From the NCBI RefSeq assembly GCF_003018115.1, contig NZ_CP027457.1: DNA of 64,000 nt; one strand, given 5' to 3'. Position numbers and translations under genes: made by a program. Each line of letters begins with the position of its first letter. Position 1 is the stretch's first letter. The notes beneath the pieces were generated by a model, which worked only from the letters and a program-made list of their open reading frames with translations, searched no databases and was not told the DNA's origin. Of the stretch, positions 22,859-31,682 are shown piece by piece. The stretch is from Escherichia coli. Its GTDB lineage: Bacteria; Pseudomonadota; Gammaproteobacteria; Enterobacterales; Enterobacteriaceae.

Positions 22859-23551
22859 CTAGTGATAACCACGCGCGGTCATAAAATCCGTAATCGCTTT
22901 TTCTGCATCAACCAACACCTGTTCCAGTGGCTGATTGGCATCGATATCAACCAGTTGTGCACCACCAAAGGTTAACTGTGGCGTTATGGCAATCTTCCTC
23001 GCCAGCGATTCCCGTTTATGGTCGGGTTTACGCGCGCAGGCCACGTCTAGATCGACATTGAGTTTGATGACCAGATCAGGCTTATGGCTCGCCATCCAGT
23101 GAAACGCTTTACGTTCCTGGCTTGCCAGCCATGAGACAAAACGACCACCTTCAACGTTAGGTGGGAACACCGTACCATCGTAAGCGCCAGGAATTTGGTC
23201 CTGAGGATAACGGTCGGTTAGAACAATTAACCCGCGACGACGACAGGCAAGCATATGACGAAAGCGCAGTAAGCGACGGGCGACAAACGCTGTAATTACC
23301 AGCGCCGGAACTGGTCCTGGCAATTTTTTTGCTGTTTTCACCTGATTTCGTTCAATTGTTTTATGTAAGGATTTTCCCATCAACGGTAATTTTGTCACTG
23401 CACGACCGACATTTCCGGCTTGTTTTCCTAAATGAACTCTTTCGGCAGCACCATATTTTTCGACAACGGTAATGAGATGTTCACACACCGTTGACTTGCC
23501 AGAACCATCGCTACCAATAACGGCAATTAATGGAGGTGTTATTGACTGCAT
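22859..23551 (-). CDS. yghT: P-loop NTPase/kinase-like protein (YghR/S/T paralog family)
   Basis: 230 aa; Walker [10 protein letters not shown]; DRYPQ motif; paralogous to the two downstream ORFs. Confidence 0.85.
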   Translation of the reverse strand: MQSITPPLIAVIGSDGSGKSTVCEHLITVVEKYGAAERVHLGKQAGNVGRAVTKLPLMGKSLHKTIERNQVKTAKKLPGPVPALVITAFVARRLLRFRHMLACRRRGLIVLTDRYPQDQIPGAYDGTVFPPNVEGGRFVSWLASQERKAFHWMASHKPDLVIKLNVDLDVACARKPDHKRESLARKIAITPQLTFGGAQLVDIDANQPLEQVLVDAEKAITDFMTARGYH

Positions 23552-23724
23552 GAATATATCCTTAAATTTAAATATCCATCCAAAATATTTATTTGGTTAA
23601 TATGTTTTTATGAAAGCGTAATTCAGGTCAATGTCACAATTAACCATTGTCACAATAAGGTTGAACGGATATTCTGAGCACGGACCACGTAATATTCAAT
23701 ACATTATTTACTGCCGGGTTTTTC

Positions 23725-24438
23725 GTGAATCAACGTAATATGTCAATAATTAATTCCACGCCAGTGCGTGTTATTGCCATTGTAGGATGTGATGGTTCAG
23801 GTAAATCGACCCTCACGGCAAGCCTGGTAAATGAACTGGCAGCAAGAATGCCAACAGAACGCATTTATCTCGGGCAATCGTCCGGGCGAATTGGCGAATG
23901 GATTTCACAGCTCCCTGTTATTGGCGCACCTTTTGGGCGTTATCTGCGAAGTAAAGCGGCACATGTGCACGAAAAGCCCTCAACACCGCCTGGCAATATT
24001 ACTGCGCTGGTTATCTATCTGCTTTTCTGCTGGCGGGCGTACAAGTTTCGCAAAATGTTGTGTAGAAGCCAGCAAGGCCATCTGCTCATCACCGACCGCT
24101 ACCCGCAGGTTGAAGTGCCGGGTTTTCGCTTTGATGGCCCGCAATTGGCAAAAACCACGGGCGGTAACGGTTGGATAAAAATGTTAAGGCAGCGCGAGTT
24201 GAAGCTGTACCAATGGATGGCGTCTTATTTACCCGTATTGTTGATTCGTCTTGGCATTGATGAACAAACCGCGTTTGCGCGTAAACCTGACCACCAACTG
24301 GCAGCGTTACAGGAAAAAATCGCCGTTACGCCGCAATTGACATTCAATGGCGCAAAGATCCTTGAACTGGATGGTCGGCAACCAGCCGATGAAATTCTGC
24401 AAGCGTCACTACGCGCAATTCACGCCGCGCTTTCCTGA
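23725..24438 (+). CDS. yghS: P-loop NTPase/kinase-like protein (YghR/S/T paralog family)
   Basis: 237 aa from GTG start (alternative ATG at 23740); Walker A GCDGSGKST; DRYPQ; ARKPDH motif shared with paralogs. Confidence 0.85.
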   Translation: MNQRNMSIINSTPVRVIAIVGCDGSGKSTLTASLVNELAARMPTERIYLGQSSGRIGEWISQLPVIGAPFGRYLRSKAAHVHEKPSTPPGNITALVIYLLFCWRAYKFRKMLCRSQQGHLLITDRYPQVEVPGFRFDGPQLAKTTGGNGWIKMLRQRELKLYQWMASYLPVLLIRLGIDEQTAFARKPDHQLAALQEKIAVTPQLTFNGAKILELDGRQPADEILQASLRAIHAALS

Positions 24439-24469
24439 TCACCAAAATGGATAGGGGATGATTTAACGA

Positions 24470-25228
24470 ATGGATGCACTACAAACACAAACTGTTATTA
24501 GTACAACCGCGCCACAGCCCAACTACATTCCGGGGCTGATTGCGGTGGTCGGGTGTGATGGCACCGGTAAATCCACACTGACCACCGACCTAGTGAAATC
24601 GCTGCAACAACACTGGCAAACCGAGCGGCGCTATCTGGGGCTGCTCTCCGGCGAAGACGGCGACAAAATCAAACGATTGCCGTTGGTTGGCGTCTGGCTG
24701 GAACGGCGACTGGCGGCCAAATCCTCGAAAACCCAAAGCATGAAAACCAAATCTCCGGCGCTATGGGCGGCGGTGATTATGTACTGCTTCTCGCTGCGAA
24801 GAATGGCGAATCTACGCAAGGTTCAGCGACTGGCGCAAAGTGGCGTTCTGGTGGTCAGCGATCGCTTCCCGCAGGCTGAAATTTCGGGCTTTTATTATGA
24901 CGGACCGGGGATTGGCGTCGAACGTGCGACCGGGAAAATCAGCATGTTTCTGGCGCAGCGCGAACGGCGTTTATACCAACAAATGGCGCAATATCGCCCG
25001 GAATTAATTATTCGCCTGGGCATTGATATTGAGACTGCCATCTCCCGCAAGCCTGACCATGACTATGCCGAGCTGCAGGACAAAATCGGCGTCATGTCGA
25101 CGATTGGCTATAACGGCACAAAAATTCTTGAGATTGATTCCAGAGCGCCCTACAGCGAAGTGCTGGAACAGGCACAGAAGGCGGTTTCTCTGGTTGCCAT
25201 CGCTTCTGACCGCCGAAGTTTAACTTAA
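24470..25228 (+). CDS. yghR: P-loop NTPase/kinase-like protein (YghR/S/T paralog family)
   Basis: 252 aa; Walker A GCDGTGKST; DRFPQ; SRKPDH. Confidence 0.85.
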   Translation: MDALQTQTVISTTAPQPNYIPGLIAVVGCDGTGKSTLTTDLVKSLQQHWQTERRYLGLLSGEDGDKIKRLPLVGVWLERRLAAKSSKTQSMKTKSPALWAAVIMYCFSLRRMANLRKVQRLAQSGVLVVSDRFPQAEISGFYYDGPGIGVERATGKISMFLAQRERRLYQQMAQYRPELIIRLGIDIETAISRKPDHDYAELQDKIGVMSTIGYNGTKILEIDSRAPYSEVLEQAQKAVSLVAIASDRRSLT

Positions 25229-25273
25229 GGCTGGCGGGATACTTTTTACTATCAACGATAAGGTCAGGCTGAA

Positions 25274-26623
25274 TTGGCGGGTTTTAACATCAAACATTGG
25301 TTTGCAGATGGCGCGTTTCGCACCATTATTCGCAATAGCGCCTGGTTAGGCTCCAGTAATGTCGTGAGCGCCTTGCTGGGGCTGTTGGCGCTCTCGTGTG
25401 CCGGTAAAGGGATGACGCCCGCCATGTTTGGCGTACTGGTGATTGTGCAATCGTACGCCAAGTCGATCAGCGATTTTATTAAGTTTCAGACATGGCAGCT
25501 GGTGGTTCAGTACGGAACGCCAGCCTTGACCAACAATAATCCGCAGCAATTTCGCAATGTCGTCTCATTTTCCTTCTCGCTGGATATCGTCAGCGGCGCG
25601 GTGGCGATTGTCGGCGGCATTGCCTTACTGCCATTCCTTTCCCATTCATTAGGTCTGGATGACCAAAGCTTTTGGCTGGCGGCGCTGTATTGCACGCTCA
25701 TTCCTTCAATGGCTTCCTCCACGCCGACCGGCATTCTGCGTGCGGTAGATCGCTTTGATTTGATTGCTGTACAGCAGGCGACGAAACCTTTTCTGCGCGC
25801 AGCGGGGAGCGTCGCAGCCTGGTATTTTGACTTTGGTTTTGCGGGTTTTGTTATTGCCTGGTACGTGTCGAATCTGGTTGGCGGCACCATGTACTGGTGG
25901 TTTGCCGCGCGCGAATTACGCCGCAGAAATATCCATAACGCCTTCAAATTGAATCTGTTTGAGTCTGCCCGACACATTAAAGGCGCGTGGAGTTTTGTCT
26001 GGTCAACCAACATTGCCCACTCCATCTGGTCGGCGCGTAACTCGTGCAGCACAGTGTTGGTGGGGATCGTGTTAGGACCCGCTGCCGCCGGGTTATTTAA
26101 AATCGCCATGACATTCTTCGACGCCGCCGGAACGCCAGCGGGTTTGCTGGGTAAAAGTTTTTACCCAGAGGTGATGCGTTTAGATCCGCGCACCACCAGA
26201 CCGTGGTTGTTAGGCGTGAAGTCCGGTTTACTGGCGGGCGGAATCGGTATTCTGGTGGCGCTCGCGGTGTTGATCGTCGGCAAGCCGCTCATTTCGCTGG
26301 TATTTGGCGTTAAGTATCTCGAAGCGTATGACCTGATTCAGGTGATGCTGGGCGCAATTGTGATCTCGATGCTGGGCTTCCCGCAGGAGTCATTGCTATT
26401 GATGGCGGGAAAACAGCGCGCTTTTCTCGTGGCGCAAACCATCGCCTCAATCGGCTACATCGTATTGCTGTTCATGTTCTGTCATCTGTTTGGCGTGCTG
26501 GGGGCTGCATTTGCTTACTTCGTTGGGCAATGTCTGGATGTGGTGCTCTCGTTAATTCCAACCTTAAAGGCATTTTTTCAGCGCCATTCCTTGCTTTATA
26601 ACGCAGCCGGAGAGAAATCCTGA
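25274..26623 (+). CDS. yghQ: MOP/Wzx-like polytopic membrane flippase-family protein
   Basis: 449-codon hydrophobic ORF from TTG at 25274 (true start may be the internal Met at about 25412); recognised as YghQ-like; stop overlaps the next ORF start (ATGA). Confidence 0.8.
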   Translation: MAGFNIKHWFADGAFRTIIRNSAWLGSSNVVSALLGLLALSCAGKGMTPAMFGVLVIVQSYAKSISDFIKFQTWQLVVQYGTPALTNNNPQQFRNVVSFSFSLDIVSGAVAIVGGIALLPFLSHSLGLDDQSFWLAALYCTLIPSMASSTPTGILRAVDRFDLIAVQQATKPFLRAAGSVAAWYFDFGFAGFVIAWYVSNLVGGTMYWWFAARELRRRNIHNAFKLNLFESARHIKGAWSFVWSTNIAHSIWSARNSCSTVLVGIVLGPAAAGLFKIAMTFFDAAGTPAGLLGKSFYPEVMRLDPRTTRPWLLGVKSGLLAGGIGILVALAVLIVGKPLISLVFGVKYLEAYDLIQVMLGAIVISMLGFPQESLLLMAGKQRAFLVAQTIASIGYIVLLFMFCHLFGVLGAAFAYFVGQCLDVVLSLIPTLKAFFQRHSLLYNAAGEKS

Positions 26624-27447
26624 TGATGAGAAAATATTTCCCGCTTGAGGCGAGCGAGCGTCTATTTGTTGCGATTGAAGAAGATGATGTCGTTGATGCA
26701 CAGGTTAGTTTGCCGCCGACTATTGCACTAAGTTGTACCACCGAAATCATTCATGATAATTACGCGTTATGCCTGCAATTCTGGCTCAATGGCGTTAATC
26801 GTCAGGAATTACTGCGTTTAGTTCGCAAACAAGCCAAAGGCGATGAGCTGACTGCTGATGAGCGCAAACAATTTAAATACATGCGAGCGCGCTACAAGCA
26901 CCTGCGTTTTGCGCAACGGCTGTATTTAAAGAAGCATCAGGCCGGATTTTTATTCGGCAAAACGACCGTTTTTCTGGGACGTTTTCAGGACGGATTTCGT
27001 AACGGTAAGAAAAATATTGTGTCGTATTACGGCAACCTGTTACGAATTTATTTAAGCTCTCCGGTCTGGTCGTTGGTGAACTATTCATTACGCCATAGCC
27101 AGTTAGAAAGCGTAAGCGGTTTTATTGCCTATCGGCAAAAGCAAATGCATACCCTGAAAGAGATTATTGCCAAACCGCGACTAACCGGCAGGGAATTTCA
27201 TGATGTGCGAAAAATCATCAGCCAGCAGGTTTCTTATTACGACACCTTAAGATCGCTTGATCCTGAAAATAAAGAGGCGTTACAGATTTCCCGTTTCCTC
27301 GCCGCCATTAATGGCCTGATGGGGGATAAACACGACGACATGGTAGCGGATGATATGGAAAACCGCCAGTCGTATGATGCACCGGTGGCGCTGGATAGCG
27401 ATATTCGCCAGCGCTTAGAGCTGCTGATTTCGCGTTTTCCGCTATAA
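26623..27447 (+). CDS. hypothetical protein, basic, no recognisable motif
   Basis: 274-aa ORF translationally coupled to yghQ (ATGA overlap); no signal peptide or TM segment apparent. Confidence 0.6.
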   Translation: MMRKYFPLEASERLFVAIEEDDVVDAQVSLPPTIALSCTTEIIHDNYALCLQFWLNGVNRQELLRLVRKQAKGDELTADERKQFKYMRARYKHLRFAQRLYLKKHQAGFLFGKTTVFLGRFQDGFRNGKKNIVSYYGNLLRIYLSSPVWSLVNYSLRHSQLESVSGFIAYRQKQMHTLKEIIAKPRLTGREFHDVRKIISQQVSYYDTLRSLDPENKEALQISRFLAAINGLMGDKHDDMVADDMENRQSYDAPVALDSDIRQRLELLISRFPL

Positions 27448-27455
27448 CCGGAGCA

Positions 27456-28019
27456 ATGATGTCATCTCGTTTGATTATTGCGCTGATTATCATGCTCTTA
27501 GCCCCGGGTGTGCAGGCACACAATTTCGTCACTGGCAAAACGGTTACCCCTGTTTATATTCAGGAAGGCGGCGAGCTGCTTCTGAATAGCGACGACGAAA
27601 TTCACTACCAAAAGTGGAACAGCACACAATTGGCGGGAAAAGTCCGCATTATCCAGTATATCGCCGGGCGTAAGTCGGCGAAGAAAAAGAACTCACTGTT
27701 AATTAAAGCGGTTGAAGCGGCAAACTTTCCGCAGGATCGTTTTCAGCCCACCACCATTGTGAACACCGATGATGCCATCTTTGGTACTGGCTATTTTGTT
27801 GTTGGCAAAATCGAAAAAAATAAACGCCGCTATCCGTGGGCGCAATTCGTTATCGACGGCAATGGACAGGGACGCGTTGCCTGGCGCTTGCCGGAGCAGA
27901 GTTCAACCATTCTGGTGCTGGATAAAGCCGGGCAAATTCAGTGGGCAAAGGACGGCAGCCTGACGCCGGAAGAGGTAGATCATGTCATTGCGCTGGCGCA
28001 GAAACTGATCAATGAATAA
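27456..28019 (+). CDS. secreted/periplasmic protein, YtfJ-family-like
   Basis: 187 aa; N-terminal signal peptide (MMSSRLIIALIIMLLAPGVQA/HN); resembles E. coli YtfJ as recalled (TTIVNTDDAI...YPW..F..D.NG, QWAKDG.LTPEEV). Confidence 0.6.
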   Translation: MMSSRLIIALIIMLLAPGVQAHNFVTGKTVTPVYIQEGGELLLNSDDEIHYQKWNSTQLAGKVRIIQYIAGRKSAKKKNSLLIKAVEAANFPQDRFQPTTIVNTDDAIFGTGYFVVGKIEKNKRRYPWAQFVIDGNGQGRVAWRLPEQSSTILVLDKAGQIQWAKDGSLTPEEVDHVIALAQKLINE

Positions 28020-28049
28020 AAAATTCAAAGGATTGAGGGCGTTAGTGAG

Positions 28050-29120
28050 ATGAAGCTGGTTGAACACTACATCATGCGTGGTACGCGCCGTCTGGTGCTG
28101 ATTATCGTCGGTTTTCTGATCTTTATTTTCGCCAGCTACTCCGCACAGCGTTATCTGACCGAAGCGGCAAATGGGACATTAGCTCTTGATGTTGTGCTGG
28201 ATATCGTTTTCTACAAAGTGCTGATTGCACTGGAGATGTTGTTACCTGTTGGTCTGTATGTGTCAGTTGGCGTGACGCTAGGGCAGATGTATACCGACTC
28301 GGAAATTACCGCTATCTCTGCGGCGGGGGGCAGTCCGGGACGCTTGTACAAAGCCGTTCTTTATCTGGCGATACCGCTAAGTATTTTTGTCACCCTTCTG
28401 TCGATGTATGGTCGTCCGTGGGCTTATGCGCAGATTTATCAACTGGAGCAGCAGTCGCAGTCGGAGCTGGATGTTCGCCAGTTGCGGGCAAAGAAATTTA
28501 ACACTAACGATAACGGACGAATGATCCTTTCGCAGACGGTTGATCAGGATAATAATCGCCTGACTGACGCGCTGATTTATACTTCTACTGCCAATCGAAC
28601 CCGCATTTTCCGCGCCCGTTCGGTTGATGTGGTTGACCCATCACCCGAGAAACCGACCGTTATGTTGCACAACGGCACTGCCTATCTTCTCGATCATCAG
28701 GGTCGTGACGACAACGAACAGATCTACCGTAATCTGCAATTACATCTGAATCCGCTGGATCAAAGCCCTAACGTCAAACGCAAAGCAAAATCGGTCACGG
28801 AGCTGGCGCGCTCCGCCTTTCCTGCCGATCATGCCGAACTGCAATGGCGACAAAGCCGTGGCCTGACAGCATTGTTGATGGCGCTGCTGGCCATTTCATT
28901 AAGTCGGGTAAAACCGCGGCAGGGGCGATTTTCAACGTTATTGCCACTGACGTTGCTGTTTATTGCCATTTTTTATGGCGGCGACGTCTGCCGTACGCTG
29001 GTGGCTAACGGCGCGATTCCTCTCATTCCTGGTTTGTGGTTAGTGCCCGGACTCATGCTAATGGGCCTGCTGATGCTGGTTGCACGCGACTTCACTTTGC
29101 TGCAGAAATTTTCCCGATGA
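28050..29120 (+). CDS. LptF-like permease (YjgP/YjgQ family)
   Basis: 356 aa; N-terminal TM bundle then soluble domain then C-terminal TMs; LGQMYTDSEITAISAAG matches the LptF signature region as recalled (LGKLYTESEITVMHACG). Confidence 0.75.
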   Translation: MKLVEHYIMRGTRRLVLIIVGFLIFIFASYSAQRYLTEAANGTLALDVVLDIVFYKVLIALEMLLPVGLYVSVGVTLGQMYTDSEITAISAAGGSPGRLYKAVLYLAIPLSIFVTLLSMYGRPWAYAQIYQLEQQSQSELDVRQLRAKKFNTNDNGRMILSQTVDQDNNRLTDALIYTSTANRTRIFRARSVDVVDPSPEKPTVMLHNGTAYLLDHQGRDDNEQIYRNLQLHLNPLDQSPNVKRKAKSVTELARSAFPADHAELQWRQSRGLTALLMALLAISLSRVKPRQGRFSTLLPLTLLFIAIFYGGDVCRTLVANGAIPLIPGLWLVPGLMLMGLLMLVARDFTLLQKFSR

Positions 29121-30196
29121 ATGTTTTCAGTCGCTATTTAATCCGTCATCTCTTTCTCGGTTTTGCCGCCGCCGCAGGGCTATTGCTGCCGCTTTTTACC
29201 ACCTTCAACCTGATTAACGAACTGGATGATGTCAGCCCGGGCGGTTATCGCTGGACTCAGGCGGTGCTGGTGGTGCTAATGACCTTACCGCGCACACTGG
29301 TCGAACTTTCGCCGTTTATCGCCTTATTGGGAGGGATTGTCGGCCTGGGGCAGTTATCGAAAAACAGTGAGCTTACCGCCATTCGCAGCATGGGGTTTTC
29401 TATCTTCCGTATTGCACTGGTGGCGCTGGTTGCCGGGATATTGTGGACTGTTTCGTTAGGCGCGATAGATGAGTGGGTAGCGTCGCCGTTGCAGCAACAG
29501 GCGCTGCAAATCAAATCGACCGCCACTGCGTTGGGGGAGGACGATGATATTACCGGCAATATGCTTTGGGCCAGGCGCGGTAATGAATTTGTAACGGTGA
29601 AATCGCTGAACGAGCAGGGCCAGCCGGTGGGCGTGGAGATATTTCATTATCGCGACGATCTCTCGCTCGAATCCTACATTTATGCACGCAGTGCCACCAT
29701 TGAAGACGACAAAACGTGGATCCTGCATGGTGTGAATCATAAAAAATGGCTGAATGGCAAAGAAACGCTGGAAACATTAGATAATCTTGCCTGGCAATCG
29801 GCCTTCACCAGTATGGATCTTGAAGAGTTATCAATGCCGGGCAATACTTTTTCTGTCCGTCAGCTTAATCATTACATCCATTATTTGCAGGAAACCGGGC
29901 AACCCAGCAGCGAATACCGCCTTGCACTGTGGGAAAAACTGGGGCAACCCATCCTGACCCTGGCGATGATTTTGCTGGCTGTGCCGTTTACCTTTAGTGC
30001 CCCGCGCTCGCCAGGGATGGGTAGCCGTCTCGCTGTAGGTGTCATCGTTGGCTTACTCACCTGGATCAGCTATCAAATCATGGTCAATCTGGGATTGCTA
30101 TTTGCGTTGAGCGCACCTGTTACCGCGCTCGGTTTACCGATAGCGTTTGTGCTGGTGGCGTTGAGCCTGGTGTATTGGTATGACAGACAACATTAA
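29117..30196 (+). CDS. LptG-like permease (YjgP/YjgQ family)
   Basis: 359 aa from ATG at 29117 (MNVFSRYLIRH...), overlapping upstream stop by 4 nt; NSELTAIRSMGFS resembles LptG RSELVVMQASGF. Confidence 0.75.
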   Translation: MNVFSRYLIRHLFLGFAAAAGLLLPLFTTFNLINELDDVSPGGYRWTQAVLVVLMTLPRTLVELSPFIALLGGIVGLGQLSKNSELTAIRSMGFSIFRIALVALVAGILWTVSLGAIDEWVASPLQQQALQIKSTATALGEDDDITGNMLWARRGNEFVTVKSLNEQGQPVGVEIFHYRDDLSLESYIYARSATIEDDKTWILHGVNHKKWLNGKETLETLDNLAWQSAFTSMDLEELSMPGNTFSVRQLNHYIHYLQETGQPSSEYRLALWEKLGQPILTLAMILLAVPFTFSAPRSPGMGSRLAVGVIVGLLTWISYQIMVNLGLLFALSAPVTALGLPIAFVLVALSLVYWYDRQH

Positions 30197-30230
30197 ACCC
30201 GCCGTGGCGCAACACCACAGCGGGCTCACA

Positions 30231-31403
30231 TTACTGCTTCAGAGTAGCGAACGCTTGAATGATGGCATCAATTTGCTCACGACTGTGGGCAGCGTTTACG
30301 CTACAGCGCAGCAGCGTGATGCCTGCAGGCGCGGCAGGTGGCAGGATAAGATTCACATAAACGCCCAGCGAAATAAGCTCGCGCCAGATGCGTAAACCTT
30401 CCTCTTTCGAACCGATTATTACCGGCACTACCGGGCTAATATGTGAACTTAACTCATAACCCAGTTTTTGCAGACCGTCATACAGATGGTTGGCGTTATC
30501 CATCAGCTTTTGCCGCAGCTCTGGTTGTGTGGCAATGGTTCTTAACGACGAGCGCACGGTCGCAATGCAGGACGGAGAAGGAGAGGCGGTAAAAATATAC
30601 GGGCGGCTGCCGTAGCGCAGCACTTCCATCGCTTCCGAACCGACAGCAAAACCGCCAATCGAGGCCAGACTTTTACTGAAGGTACCAACGATAATATCCA
30701 CATCATCTTCAACGCCAACGGCTTCAGCCAGTCCGCGCCCCGTTGCGCCTAACACGCCAAACGAATGCGCTTCATCGACAATCAAATAACCACCGAGACG
30801 ACGTTTGATATCAACAATTTCCGCCAGCGGCGCAACGTCACCGAGCATGCTGTAGATGCCCTCAACGATGATAATCGCCTCTTTCGCCCGTTCACCGAGG
30901 CGAACCATGCGCCGTTCCAGATCTTTAGCATCGTTATGGCGGAAACGAATAATTTCCGCGCCACCGAGAGAACAGGCGTCATAAATACTGGCGTGGCTGT
31001 CGGCATCCAGTAACACCACGGCGTTATGGTCGGCAAGTGCGCTGATGACGCCTAAATTAGCGGTATAACCGGTTGAAAAAACGATAGCGGTAGGGCGATT
31101 GAAAAACTCGGCAATCTCTTTCTCTAACGCCAGGTGCGGCGCATAACTGCCGTTTGCCATACGAGAACCGGTGGTGCCGGTGCCTTGGGCCGCTAACGCT
31201 GTCTGACCTTCGGCGATGGCATCATGATTAAAGGTTAAACCGAGGTAATTATTGGTCCCGGCCAGAATCACTTTTTTATTGCCGATCCGGCCTTCGGTGG
31301 CGGAATACACTTCATCAATACAGGTGCCAAACGGTGTTAACCCATTGTCACTAAATTGCAGTCGCTCGCCAGCAAGGCGCGCATATTTATCATATAGCCC
31401 CAT
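30231..31403 (-). CDS. alpha-oxoamine synthase family PLP enzyme, serine palmitoyltransferase-like
   Basis: 390 aa; class-II aminotransferase fold with PLP-lysine motif GTFSKSLASIGGF; encoded immediately downstream of a dedicated ACP. Confidence 0.8.
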   Translation of the reverse strand: MGLYDKYARLAGERLQFSDNGLTPFGTCIDEVYSATEGRIGNKKVILAGTNNYLGLTFNHDAIAEGQTALAAQGTGTTGSRMANGSYAPHLALEKEIAEFFNRPTAIVFSTGYTANLGVISALADHNAVVLLDADSHASIYDACSLGGAEIIRFRHNDAKDLERRMVRLGERAKEAIIIVEGIYSMLGDVAPLAEIVDIKRRLGGYLIVDEAHSFGVLGATGRGLAEAVGVEDDVDIIVGTFSKSLASIGGFAVGSEAMEVLRYGSRPYIFTASPSPSCIATVRSSLRTIATQPELRQKLMDNANHLYDGLQKLGYELSSHISPVVPVIIGSKEEGLRIWRELISLGVYVNLILPPAAPAGITLLRCSVNAAHSREQIDAIIQAFATLKQ

Positions 31404-31651
31404 TATTTATTCTCCAGCCATGGAAGTAGAGTTTCCATTAATTGCGCAGGGGTTTTGACATCCAGCAGAATATTAATAGGAATGGAAATATCGAATCTGT
31501 CTTCCAGCATCATTAAGAGATCCATCACTTTGATCGACTCCAGGCCAAGATCGTTGACGAGATCGCTGTCGGGCTTAATTTCCACACCGTTTTCGACCAA
31601 ATCCTGTAAACAGGAAAGGATGTAATCCATTACTATTTCACGATTTACCAT
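31403..31651 (-). CDS. acyl carrier protein
   Basis: 82 aa, acidic; phosphopantetheine-site motif DLGLESI; shares a boundary nucleotide with the downstream synthase gene. Confidence 0.75.
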   Translation of the reverse strand: MVNREIVMDYILSCLQDLVENGVEIKPDSDLVNDLGLESIKVMDLLMMLEDRFDISIPINILLDVKTPAQLMETLLPWLENK

Positions 31652-31682
31652 AGAAACGTTAACACACCTTTAAACAAGACAA

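Noticed and set aside
22859-25228. YghT/S/R as the missing ABC ATPase partner of the LptFG-like permeases
   Set aside because: They carry a Walker A motif but are only ~230-250 aa and I see no ABC signature (LSGGQ) or Q-loop/H-loop arrangement; a kinase-like fold is more likely.
25507-26109. 200-aa minus-strand ORF
   Set aside because: Antisense within the yghQ membrane-protein gene.
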